NCBI GenBank assembly: GCA_035650475.1
Contig: DASRHP010000009.1
Span: 174,545 to 238,544, forward strand
Direction of reading: 5' to 3'
Length of the DNA: 64,000 bases
DNA from: Candidatus Binataceae bacterium
GTDB taxonomy: Bacteria; Desulfobacterota; Binatia; Binatales; Binataceae
Shown: piece by piece, positions 1 to 8,316 of the stretch
How the letters are laid out: each line of letters begins with the position of its first letter
Numbering within the stretch: position 1 is the stretch's first letter
The notes under the pieces: generated by a model
Told to the model about the DNA's origin: nothing
Databases searched by the model: none
What the model saw: only the letters and a program-made list of their open reading frames with translations
Position numbers and translations under genes: made by a program

Positions 1-814
1 GCCGACCGCCCAGGCGCTTTCGGGGCTGACCGCGATGTCGGGCCTGCCTGAGCCGCGCGAGCCGGCCGGCTGGGGGTACTCATACCTCGATCATTCGCCG
101 GGCTATTACAGCTCGATGCTGGTGATCGCGGCGATCATGCGCCGGCGCAAAACCGGCCAGGGATGCTACATCGACCTCTCGCAGACCGAGTGCGGAATCA
201 TGCTCTCGGGCACCGCCGCGCTGGCCCATCAACTGAGCGGGCAGCCGACCGCGCGCCACGGTAATCGGATGCCGTTCGCGCCGTGGGCGCCGCACGGGGC
301 CTACCCCTGCCGCGCCGAGGGTGATCCGGGCGACGAGTGGATCGCGATCGCCGTGCAGAACGACGATCAATGGGCGGCCCTGGTGGCCGAAATGGGCTCG
401 CCCGTATGGGCGGCCGAAGCGCGGTTTGCCGACGCCGCCGGGCGCAAGGCCAACGAGGACGAACTGGATCGCAAGCTCGCCGCATGGACATCGACGCAGG
501 AGCGCTACGCGCTGATGGCGCGCCTGCAAGCGCGCGGGATTCCCGCCGGTGTGGTGCAGAAGTCGGTTGACCGCTTCACGCGCGACGACCAGCTCCGCGC
601 GCGCGGCTTCTTCGTAGCGCTGCCGCAGAGCGAGATCGGCGAGTGGCCGGTCGATGGCTTTCCAGCGCGGATGACGGCCTCGCCAGCCTTCGTGGGCGGG
701 CTGACCGCGCGCGGCGCGCCGATGCTTGGCGAGGACAACGAGCGGATCTATCGCGAAGTCCTCGGGATCGAGTCCGCCGAGCTCGAGGCGCTCAAGGCGG
801 AGGGCGCGGTGTGA
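1..814 (+). CDS. CoA transferase family III (CaiB/BaiF-like), 5'-partial; frame stays open to the window start
   Basis: ORF 35..814 carries C-terminal CaiB/BaiF-like sequence; no stop upstream in frame to position 2; GTG-TGA overlap with the next paralog. Confidence 0.72.
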   Translation, partial: PTAQALSGLTAMSGLPEPREPAGWGYSYLDHSPGYYSSMLVIAAIMRRRKTGQGCYIDLSQTECGIMLSGTAALAHQLSGQPTARHGNRMPFAPWAPHGAYPCRAEGDPGDEWIAIAVQNDDQWAALVAEMGSPVWAAEARFADAAGRKANEDELDRKLAAWTSTQERYALMARLQARGIPAGVVQKSVDRFTRDDQLRARGFFVALPQSEIGEWPVDGFPARMTASPAFVGGLTARGAPMLGEDNERIYREVLGIESAELEALKAEGAV

Positions 815-2079
815 GCGCCGGGGCCGCGCCGCTGGGCGACGCGCTCGGCGGCTTCGTCGTGCTGGAGGTCGGTGACGAGCGCGGCGAGTTCGCCGGAGTG
901 CTGCTGGCGGGGCTGGGCGCCGAGGTTATCCGCGTCGAGCCGCCCGGCGGCGCGCCGTCGCGCCGGCTCGGCCCGTTCGCCTCCGGCGCACCCCACCCCG
1001 AGCGCAGCCTCCATTTCTGGCGCTACAACCTCAATAAGAAGAGCGTCACGCTCGACCTCGGCAATTCGGCGGCGGCGCCGGTCCTCGCGCGTGTCGCCGC
1101 GCACGCCGACGTGATTATCGACTCGGGCGAAGCGGCGGCGGTGGCGCGCCGGATGGCGGCGTACCGCGAGCTGCGCGCGGCGAGTCCGCGGCTGATCGTT
1201 TGCGCGATCACGCCGTTCGGACTCGACGGCCCCTGGCGCGATTTCAAAATGACCGACCTTACGCAGCTCGCGATGGGCGGCATCATGGCGGTGTGCGGCT
1301 ACGAGCCCGGCGCCGACGGCAAGTACGACACGGCGCCGATCGCGCCCGCCGCCTGGCACGCCTACCATCTCGGCTCCGAGTACGCGGCGGTTTCGATAGC
1401 CGCGGCGCTCAACTTCCGCGAGCTCAGCGGCGAAGGACAGGAGATCGACGTCTCGATCCACGAGGCGATCAACACCTGCACCGAGTTCACGATGCCGAGC
1501 TACATTTATGCCGGCGTGGTGGTGAAGCGACAAACCGCGCGCCATGCGAGCGCCTCAATCTCGCCGCCCTGGTTGCGGCGCGCCGCCGACGGCGTTTACG
1601 TCAACGCCATAATCGCGCCGACCGACCGCGAGTTCCGCGCCTTGGTGCGCCTGCTTGACGACTGCGGCGTAACGCACGATCTGAACTCCGAGGCCTTCTC
1701 CGATCCCACCCGGCGCGGCAGGCGCGAGGCGCAGCGCGAAATTTTCGCTGCCCTGGATCGCCTGGTGGCCTCGCGCCCGGCCGAGGAGATCTTCCGGCGC
1801 GCGCAGGCGCTGGGGCTCGCGTGGGCGCCGGTGCGCCGTCCCGAGGAAAATCTCGCCGACGAACATTTCCGCCGGCGCGGCAGCTTCGCCGCGATCGCCC
1901 ATCCGGAGCTCGGAGGCGACCTCCTATATCCCGCGTCGGTGGCAACCGACGGCGAGCGCCCGCATTTCAACTACCGTCGGCGCGCGCCCCGCCTGAGCGA
2001 GCATACTGGGGAAATCCTCGCGCGCGCCGGCTACGCGGCGGACGAGATCGCCGCGCTGCGCGCCGCGCGGATTATATAG
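811..2079 (+). CDS. CoA transferase family III (CaiB/BaiF-like)
   Basis: N-terminal motif GFVVLEVGDERGEFAGVLLAGLGAEVIRVEPPGG is typical of family III CoA transferases; GTG start at 811 overlaps the upstream stop (gtgtga); in frame with ORF 643..2079. Confidence 0.75.
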   Translation: MSAGAAPLGDALGGFVVLEVGDERGEFAGVLLAGLGAEVIRVEPPGGAPSRRLGPFASGAPHPERSLHFWRYNLNKKSVTLDLGNSAAAPVLARVAAHADVIIDSGEAAAVARRMAAYRELRAASPRLIVCAITPFGLDGPWRDFKMTDLTQLAMGGIMAVCGYEPGADGKYDTAPIAPAAWHAYHLGSEYAAVSIAAALNFRELSGEGQEIDVSIHEAINTCTEFTMPSYIYAGVVVKRQTARHASASISPPWLRRAADGVYVNAIIAPTDREFRALVRLLDDCGVTHDLNSEAFSDPTRRGRREAQREIFAALDRLVASRPAEEIFRRAQALGLAWAPVRRPEENLADEHFRRRGSFAAIAHPELGGDLLYPASVATDGERPHFNYRRRAPRLSEHTGEILARAGYAADEIAALRAARII

Positions 2080-2084
2080 CGTCG

Positions 2085-2933
2085 ATGCGAACCGCGGCGA
2101 TGAAACCTGTGTGGGGCGTCCTGGTGATCTCGGCGGCCGCCTTCGTGCTCTCGGGCGCGGCGGCCGCGCTCGGCGCGATCAAAACCGAAACCGTCATCTA
2201 CCAGGAAGGTCAGGTCGAGGCGCACAGCGTCCTCGCTTACGATCAGAGCGCGGCCGGCCGCCGTCCCGGCGTGCTGGTCGTGCCGGAATGGTGGGGGCTC
2301 AACGACTACGCAAAGCGCCGCGCAGAGATGCTGGCGAAGCTCGGCTACACAGCGATGGCGGTCGATATCTACGGCGACGGCAAGACCACCGTCGATCCTA
2401 AACAGGCTGGCGCATGGTCGCACGAGCTGCGCGCCGGCGATCGCCATGAGCTGCGCGCGCGAATCGCCGCCGCCCTGGCGAAGCTCAAGAGCGAGCCGAT
2501 GGTCGACCCCACCCGCACCGCCGCGATCGGCTACTGCTTCGGCGGCACCACGGTGCTCGAACTCGCGCGCAGCGGCGCCGATGTCAACGGCGTGGTCAGC
2601 TTCCATGGCGGACTCGACACGCAGAAGCCGGCGCAGCCCGGCCAAATCAAGGCGAGGATTCTCGCCTGCCACGGCGCCGACGATCCCTTCGAGCCGCCCC
2701 TCCAGGTGCAGGCCTTCGAGGACGAGATGCGCAACGCCCGGGCCGACTGGCAGCTCAACATCTACAGCGGCGCCGAGCACAGCTTCACCAATCCCGCGGC
2801 CGACAGTTTCCATATCAAGGGCGTCACGTATAACGCCGAGGCCGACCGCCGCTCATGGCGGGCGATGCGCGATTTCTTCCGGGAGATTTTCAAACCAAGG
2901 CCGCGGTCAGACGGGGCTCACGACAAGCCCTGA
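2085..2933 (+). CDS. dienelactone hydrolase family protein, with signal peptide
   Basis: ORF 1821..2933; ATG at 2085 (MRTAAMKPVWGVLVISAAAFVLSGAAAALG looks like a signal peptide); DLH-like GYCFGG nucleophile motif. Confidence 0.72.
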   Translation: MRTAAMKPVWGVLVISAAAFVLSGAAAALGAIKTETVIYQEGQVEAHSVLAYDQSAAGRRPGVLVVPEWWGLNDYAKRRAEMLAKLGYTAMAVDIYGDGKTTVDPKQAGAWSHELRAGDRHELRARIAAALAKLKSEPMVDPTRTAAIGYCFGGTTVLELARSGADVNGVVSFHGGLDTQKPAQPGQIKARILACHGADDPFEPPLQVQAFEDEMRNARADWQLNIYSGAEHSFTNPAADSFHIKGVTYNAEADRRSWRAMRDFFREIFKPRPRSDGAHDKP

Positions 2934-3141
2934 ATCGTTGCAAGCGGATTTTTACGTTCGCTGAGCAATGACCGCTTCGCTTTGGTGCGGAGCGCATCCT
3001 GAGCCAAGCGCGCGACGCGAACGCGCTCCACGCACTCGCGCGCGGCGATATGTTACGTTAATCTCTGTGCCCGACGCGCAATTAACCACGAGATGCGGAG
3101 GAACCGGCGGCGCGTCTCCTGCCGCCGACCGTCTTTAGCCA

Positions 3142-6033
3142 GTGGCCGAAACCGACTACAAAGCAACGCTCAAACTTCCCCGGACCGACTTCCCGATGAA
3201 GGCCAACTTGCCCAAGCGGGAGCCTGAGACGCTCAGGCGCTGGCAAGAGAGCAAGCTCTACGAGGAGCTGATGCGCGCGCGCAAGGACGCGCGGGTGTGG
3301 GTGCTCCACGACGGCCCGCCCTACGCCAACGGCCGCGTCCATATGGGCACCGCGCTCAACAAGGTGCTCAAAGACTTCGTTGTGCGCTCGCGTTCGATGA
3401 TGGGCCTGCGCACGCCGTTCGTGCCGGGATGGGACTGTCACGGGATGCCGATCGAGTTCAAGGTCTCGCGCGAGCTGGGCGAACGGGCGCGCTCAATGCC
3501 GAAGCTGGAGCTGCGCAGGCTGTGCCGCGCGGAGGCCGAGAAGTGGATCGACATCCAGCGGCGCGATTTCATGCGTCTGGGATGTATCGGCGACTGGTTC
3601 AATCCGTACATCACGATGGACCCCGCCTACGACGCGGCCGAGATTGGCGTCCTGCGCAACCTGGTCGCGCGTGGCTACGTCTATCGCGGCCTGCGCCCGG
3701 TGCTCTGGTGCTTCTACGACCGTACGGCGCTTGCCGAGGCCGAGGTCGAGTACCGCGAGCACGTCTCACCGTCGATCTACGTCGCCTTTGCCTTCAACGC
3801 GAACCTGCCCGACGCTGGCGCGCTCGCGGTCGACCGGGCCGAGGGCGCCGAGCTTGCGGCGGCGCTGACAGCGGGCAGGCTCTTCGCGGTGATTTGGACC
3901 ACCACGCCGTGGACGCTGCCGGCCAATCTCGGAATCAGTCTCAACCCGACTTTCGACTACGTCGCCCTGGTCGCGGGCGATCGCTACTACGTCGTCGCCG
4001 CGCGCCTGGCCGAGGCGGTCGAGCAGGCCTGCGGGTTGAAAGTGCAAAAGCGAATCGCGCTCAGCCGCGACGCGCTCAGGGCGCTCGACGGCCGCGACAT
4101 CTTCCGCCATCCGTTCCTCGCCCGCGACGTCAAGCTGATGTACGGCGACCACGTCACCGCCGACGCCGGCACCGGCCTGGTGCATACCGCGCCCGGCCAC
4201 GGTTACGAGGACTTCGTGGTCGGCGCGCAGTATGGGCTCAAGCCGTTTACCCCGGTCGATACCGCGGGCGCGTTCACCGCCGAGGGCGGCGAATGGGCCG
4301 GACGCAACGTCTTCGAGGCCAACCCGGCGATCGTCGCGCGGCTGCGCGAGCGCGGCGCGCTGCTCCAGGTCGAAAACTACTCGCACAGCTATCCACATTG
4401 CTGGCGCTGCAAGAATCCCCTGATCTTCCTCGCCGCCGAGCAATGGTTCATGCGGGTGGACCACGAGAAGCTGCGCGAGCGCGTGATCGCCGCGATCGAC
4501 AGCGTGCAGTGGATTCCCCCGTGGTCGCGCGACCGCATTCGCAACATGACCGAGACGCGCCCCGACTGGTGCCTGTCGCGCCAGCGGGCCTGGGGCGTGC
4601 CGATTCCTGCGCTCAGGTGTCGCGGATGCGGCCACGTCGGGCTGTACGACGAGGTGATGCGCGCGGCCGAGGAGCTCTTCGCGCGCGAAGGCTCCGACGC
4701 CTGGTTCGCGCGGCCGGCCGCCGATTTTATCCCGGCGGGCGTCAAGTGCGCTGAATGCGGGCGCGCGGAGTTCGATAAGGAAGACGACGTGCTCGACGTC
4801 TGGTTCGACTCGGGCGTTTCCCAGGCCGCCGTGCTGGGCAAGCGCGCCGAGCTCACCTGGCCCGCCGACGCCTACCTCGAAGCGGTCGAGCAGGCGCGCG
4901 GATGGTTCGGCTCGTCGCTCGCGTGCGCGGTCGCCGAGCGCGGCAGCGCGCCGTTTCGCGCCGTTATTAGCCACGGGCTTACGGTCGACGAGCAGGGGCG
5001 CAAGATGTCGAAGTCGCTGGGCAACGCCGAAGACGCCGCCGACGCGGTCAATCGGCTCGGCGCCGACGTGCTGCGCCTGGTGTACGCTTCGCTCGACTAC
5101 ACCGGCGAGGTCACGCTTGGCGAGACAATCTACGCGGCGATCTCGGAGTCGTACCGCAAGATCCGCAACACCTGCCGCTACATCCTTGGCAACCTCGCCG
5201 ATTTCGACCCCGCTCGCGACGCCCTGCCAACTGCGCGGATGGCCGAGTTTGACCGCTACATCCTGGCCCGCCTCGAGCGTCTGAAGGCTGAGGTGCGCCG
5301 CGCCTTCGAGGCCTACGACTTCCAGGCTGCCTATCACGCGATCATCAATTTCGTCGTCGTCGATCTGAGCTCGCTGTATATCGACGTCGCACGCGACCGG
5401 CTGTACTGCGCGGGAGCCGAGTCGCCCGCGCGCCGCTCGGTGCAGACCGCGCTCTGGACCGTGCTCGACACGCTGGTACGGATCCTCGCCCCGCTCATCC
5501 CGTTCACCGCCGAGGAGATCTACGCGCACATGCCCGGCGAGCGCGCCTCGAGCGTCCATTTGCTGACGCTTCATCCGGCGAATCCCGAATTCGCCGACGC
5601 CGCGCTCGAGGCGCGCTGGGAGCGCCTGCTCAAGGTGCGCACCGAGGTGCTCAAGCTGCTCGAAACGATGCGCCAGGAGGGAACGATCGGCGCCCCGCTG
5701 GAGGCGGCATTGCGAATCGGCGCGCTCGACGACGGCGCGCTGGCCGAGACGCTCGCGCGCAATCGAGAGGCGCTCAAGGAGCTGTTCATCGTTTCGGACG
5801 TTGCGATGCTTGACCGGCGCGAAGCGGAGGAGCTGCGCGGCCGCGCCGGCGGCGGCGACACGTTCAGCTTCGACGGCGCCTGGGGCCGCTTGTCGGCCGA
5901 CCCGCCGATGGTTTTCGTCGGGCGGCGCGCGCCTGGGAACAAGTGCCAGCGCTGCTGGATGTACTACGACGACGGCGCCGATCCCGAGCTGTGTCCGCGA
6001 TGCCGCACGGTGGTGCGGCGGCCGGCCGCGTGA
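3142..6033 (+). CDS. ileS: isoleucine--tRNA ligase
   Basis: 963 aa; HMGTALNK (HIGH-type) and KMSKS motifs; C-terminal zinc finger CQRCW...CPRCR. Confidence 0.95.
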   Translation: MAETDYKATLKLPRTDFPMKANLPKREPETLRRWQESKLYEELMRARKDARVWVLHDGPPYANGRVHMGTALNKVLKDFVVRSRSMMGLRTPFVPGWDCHGMPIEFKVSRELGERARSMPKLELRRLCRAEAEKWIDIQRRDFMRLGCIGDWFNPYITMDPAYDAAEIGVLRNLVARGYVYRGLRPVLWCFYDRTALAEAEVEYREHVSPSIYVAFAFNANLPDAGALAVDRAEGAELAAALTAGRLFAVIWTTTPWTLPANLGISLNPTFDYVALVAGDRYYVVAARLAEAVEQACGLKVQKRIALSRDALRALDGRDIFRHPFLARDVKLMYGDHVTADAGTGLVHTAPGHGYEDFVVGAQYGLKPFTPVDTAGAFTAEGGEWAGRNVFEANPAIVARLRERGALLQVENYSHSYPHCWRCKNPLIFLAAEQWFMRVDHEKLRERVIAAIDSVQWIPPWSRDRIRNMTETRPDWCLSRQRAWGVPIPALRCRGCGHVGLYDEVMRAAEELFAREGSDAWFARPAADFIPAGVKCAECGRAEFDKEDDVLDVWFDSGVSQAAVLGKRAELTWPADAYLEAVEQARGWFGSSLACAVAERGSAPFRAVISHGLTVDEQGRKMSKSLGNAEDAADAVNRLGADVLRLVYASLDYTGEVTLGETIYAAISESYRKIRNTCRYILGNLADFDPARDALPTARMAEFDRYILARLERLKAEVRRAFEAYDFQAAYHAIINFVVVDLSSLYIDVARDRLYCAGAESPARRSVQTALWTVLDTLVRILAPLIPFTAEEIYAHMPGERASSVHLLTLHPANPEFADAALEARWERLLKVRTEVLKLLETMRQEGTIGAPLEAALRIGALDDGALAETLARNREALKELFIVSDVAMLDRREAEELRGRAGGGDTFSFDGAWGRLSADPPMVFVGRRAPGNKCQRCWMYYDDGADPELCPRCRTVVRRPAA

Positions 6034-6047
6034 AGGCCGTCGCGCCG

Positions 6048-6569
6048 ATGGCGGCGCAGGCCGAAGCTCCCCAAGCGCAGCGCTGGAACCTGCGCCGGTT
6101 CGCCGCGATGGTGCTGGGAGTCGCACTGCCGGTCTTCGTGCTCGACCAACTGAGCAAGGTCCTCATCGAGCGCCATCTTCGCCCCTTCGAGCGGATCGAT
6201 CTGATCCCGCATCTGCTCGCGATAACCTACACGCAGAATCCGGGCGCGGCCTTCAGCCTGTTCGCCGGCATGCCGCCGGCCGTGCGTAATCTGGCGCTCG
6301 GCGGACTGGCGGCGGGCGCCGTCGCGGTCCTGGGCGTGCTGCTCGCGCGCGGCTCGCGTCCGACCCTCGTTTCGGTCGCTTTCGCGCTGATCATGGGCGG
6401 TGCCGCGGGCAACCTGGTCGATCGCGTCCTGCGCGGGCGCGTCGTGGACTTCATCTACGTCCACTATTACGCCTGGAGCTACCCGGTCTTTAATTTCGCC
6501 GACAGCGCGATCACGATCGGCGTCGCGGTAATCCTGATCCATTCGCTTTTCGCCCACGACGCCTCCTGA
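6048..6569 (+). CDS. lspA: lipoprotein signal peptidase (signal peptidase II)
   Basis: Immediately downstream of ileS (conserved ileS-lspA synteny); membrane protein with conserved NLVDR and FNFAD motifs. Confidence 0.85.
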   Translation: MAAQAEAPQAQRWNLRRFAAMVLGVALPVFVLDQLSKVLIERHLRPFERIDLIPHLLAITYTQNPGAAFSLFAGMPPAVRNLALGGLAAGAVAVLGVLLARGSRPTLVSVAFALIMGGAAGNLVDRVLRGRVVDFIYVHYYAWSYPVFNFADSAITIGVAVILIHSLFAHDAS

Positions 6570-6681
6570 CCGCCGCGCGCGGGTCTGGCCGCCACGCTGC
6601 CATTTGACGGAAGCTGGAAACTGAGGCAACGTGGCGATGCGCACGCCGGTCTCAACCGGCGTCAGACGGGGAGCTTTGGTC

Positions 6682-7635
6682 ATGAAGACGATCAACACCG
6701 TCACCGGAACCACCAGCAGCGACAAGCTCGGCACCACGCTGATGCACGAGCATCTGATGGTCGGCTGGGGCGGGTGGGAACTGGACTGCACGGCGCCGCG
6801 CTTTGAGCGCAAGGCCGCGCTGAAATTCGCCACCGACCGCCTCAAGGAGCTGCGCGACCTCGGCCTGGGCACGTTCGTCGATCCGTGCCCGATGGATATC
6901 GGCCGCGACATCAACTTCATGGCCGAGGTGGCGGACGGCGCCCAGGTCCAGGTCGTCTGCGCGACCGGCCTCTACAAGGAGGACCTCGGCAACACGGCCT
7001 ATTTCAAGCAGCGCCCGATCGACGACATCGCCGCGGTGTACGTTGCCGAGCTGACCGAGGGAATCGCGCGCACCGGGATCAAGGCGGGGATAATCAAGTG
7101 CGCGACCTCCAAGGGCAAGATCACAGACTACGAGGAGAAGTGCTTGCGCGCCGCCGCCCGCGCCCATCTCAAGACTGGTGCGCCCATCACCACCCATACC
7201 GACGACGGCACGATGGGCCGCGAGCAACTCGACATCTTCGCTTCAGAGGGGGTCGATCTGAAGCGTGTGATCATCGGGCACAGCTGCGGCGCTTCGGACC
7301 TGCGCTACCATACCGACATGCTCGATCGCGGATGTTACCTAGGCTTTGACCGCTTCGGCCTCGACATCCTGCATCCCGACCGCCTGCGCCTGGCCGCGCT
7401 GATCGGGCTTTTGGGAATCGGCTTCGAGAAACAGCTCGTGATGTCGCACGACTCGGTGGCGTGCTGGCTCGGACGCGGCCTCGATCTGACGCCCGAGATG
7501 GAAGCCGGCATTCGCAACTGGCAGCCGACTCACATCTTCAAGAACATCCTGCCTGCGTTGCGCAGGGCCGGGGTGAGCGAAGAAAAGATTCAGACGATGA
7601 TGGTGGAGAATCCCCGCCGTTACTTCAGCGAGTAG
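6682..7635 (+). CDS. phosphotriesterase-family (PTE/PHP, amidohydrolase superfamily) metal-dependent hydrolase
   Basis: GTTLMHEHL N-terminal metal-binding motif; TIM-barrel PTE-like length (317 aa); ATG 6682 in frame with ORF 6631..7635. Confidence 0.8.
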   Translation: MKTINTVTGTTSSDKLGTTLMHEHLMVGWGGWELDCTAPRFERKAALKFATDRLKELRDLGLGTFVDPCPMDIGRDINFMAEVADGAQVQVVCATGLYKEDLGNTAYFKQRPIDDIAAVYVAELTEGIARTGIKAGIIKCATSKGKITDYEEKCLRAAARAHLKTGAPITTHTDDGTMGREQLDIFASEGVDLKRVIIGHSCGASDLRYHTDMLDRGCYLGFDRFGLDILHPDRLRLAALIGLLGIGFEKQLVMSHDSVACWLGRGLDLTPEMEAGIRNWQPTHIFKNILPALRRAGVSEEKIQTMMVENPRRYFSE

Positions 7636-7659
7636 CTGGAGTGCGATCGAACTTCCGAG

Positions 7660-7690
7660 GGCGGGCCGCCGGCCCGCCTCTTTTTTGCTT
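7660..7690 (+). terminator. rho-independent terminator after the PTE-family gene (A-tract upstream makes it potentially bidirectional)
   Basis: GGCGGGCC-GCC-GGCCCGCC 8-bp GC stem followed by TCTTTTTTGCTTTTG. Confidence 0.65.
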
Positions 7691-7734
7691 TTGTCGTCCC
7701 CCCCCTTTTGCCCGAAATCGCCGCTCCGACCCTC

Positions 7735-7980
7735 TTAGCTCTTCGACAACACCTGGCCGCCGGCTTCCATCTGCGCGCGCCAGCGGTCGATCGCCTCGAC
7801 GTTGAACCGCCAATCGCTGCCGACCCGGAACGCCGGCAGCTCGTTGCGCTTGAGCAACCGGTAAACCGTCGAAGGATGGACCCGCAGATAGGTGGAGACG
7901 TCCTGCACCGTCATCACGCGCGACTGAACGCTGTCGAAATCCATCAGCCCAACCCGCTCTTTCCCGTTATTGGTCATTTC
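7735..7980 (-). CDS. excisionase-family helix-turn-helix DNA-binding protein
   Basis: MTVQDVSTYLRVHPSTVYRLLKRNELPAFRVGSDWRF is a classic Xis/MerR-type HTH; RBS GGGGAGAGG precedes ATG at 7980. Confidence 0.75.
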   Translation of the reverse strand, partial: EMTNNGKERVGLMDFDSVQSRVMTVQDVSTYLRVHPSTVYRLLKRNELPAFRVGSDWRFNVEAIDRWRAQMEAGGQVLSKS

Positions 7981-8145
7981 CTCTCCCCTGGGAAATGAAG
8001 TGGTCCCCTGGCGAAGCTGACTGATGTGGGGCTGTTGTGGAAAAGAAGCGCTTCGTCCCACCACCGCGCCGCCTCGCCGCGCTCCTCGCTAACGCGCGCC
8101 ATTCTAGCCTGCGTTTTGCTAATGTGAACCGAAAGGCAGCACAAA

Positions 8146-8174
8146 TATCCACAAAAATCGTCGATCTGTGGATA
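8146..8174. promoter_or_regulatory. perfect 8-bp inverted repeat TATCCACA-N13-TGTGGATA in the divergent HTH/MMPL intergenic region (candidate operator)
   Basis: Read directly from the sequence; lies between the divergently transcribed HTH gene and the MMPL transporter. Confidence 0.4.
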
Positions 8175-8316
8175 AGCCTGGCGCATGGGCGAAAGTCCGC
8201 TTGCCTCGCTTCGCCCGGGATCGGAGTGCGCCCTGTCGGCGGACCCGCCTTGACTTGGATGACCGGGTTTGGTCGGATGGCTCGCCCACCTCGGCAAGGA
8301 TCGGTCAATTCGTTCT

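Noticed and set aside
3040-3141. Hairpin CGGCGGC-N9-GCCGCCG just upstream of the ileS start, considered as a possible T-box or attenuator leader
   Set aside because: No T-box consensus (AGGGUGGNACCGCG), specifier loop or leader peptide is visible, so it is probably just local GC-rich secondary structure.
3766-6126. 786-aa ORF antisense to ileS. Similar long antisense or overlapping ORFs occur at 8305..10170, 16619..18379, 23951..25840, 51906..54761 and 61792..63723.
   Set aside because: Typical stop-codon-poor alternative frames of a ~70% GC genome. The translations are Arg/Ala/Gly/Pro-rich and carry no recognisable motifs, and each overlaps a gene with clear homology on the other strand.
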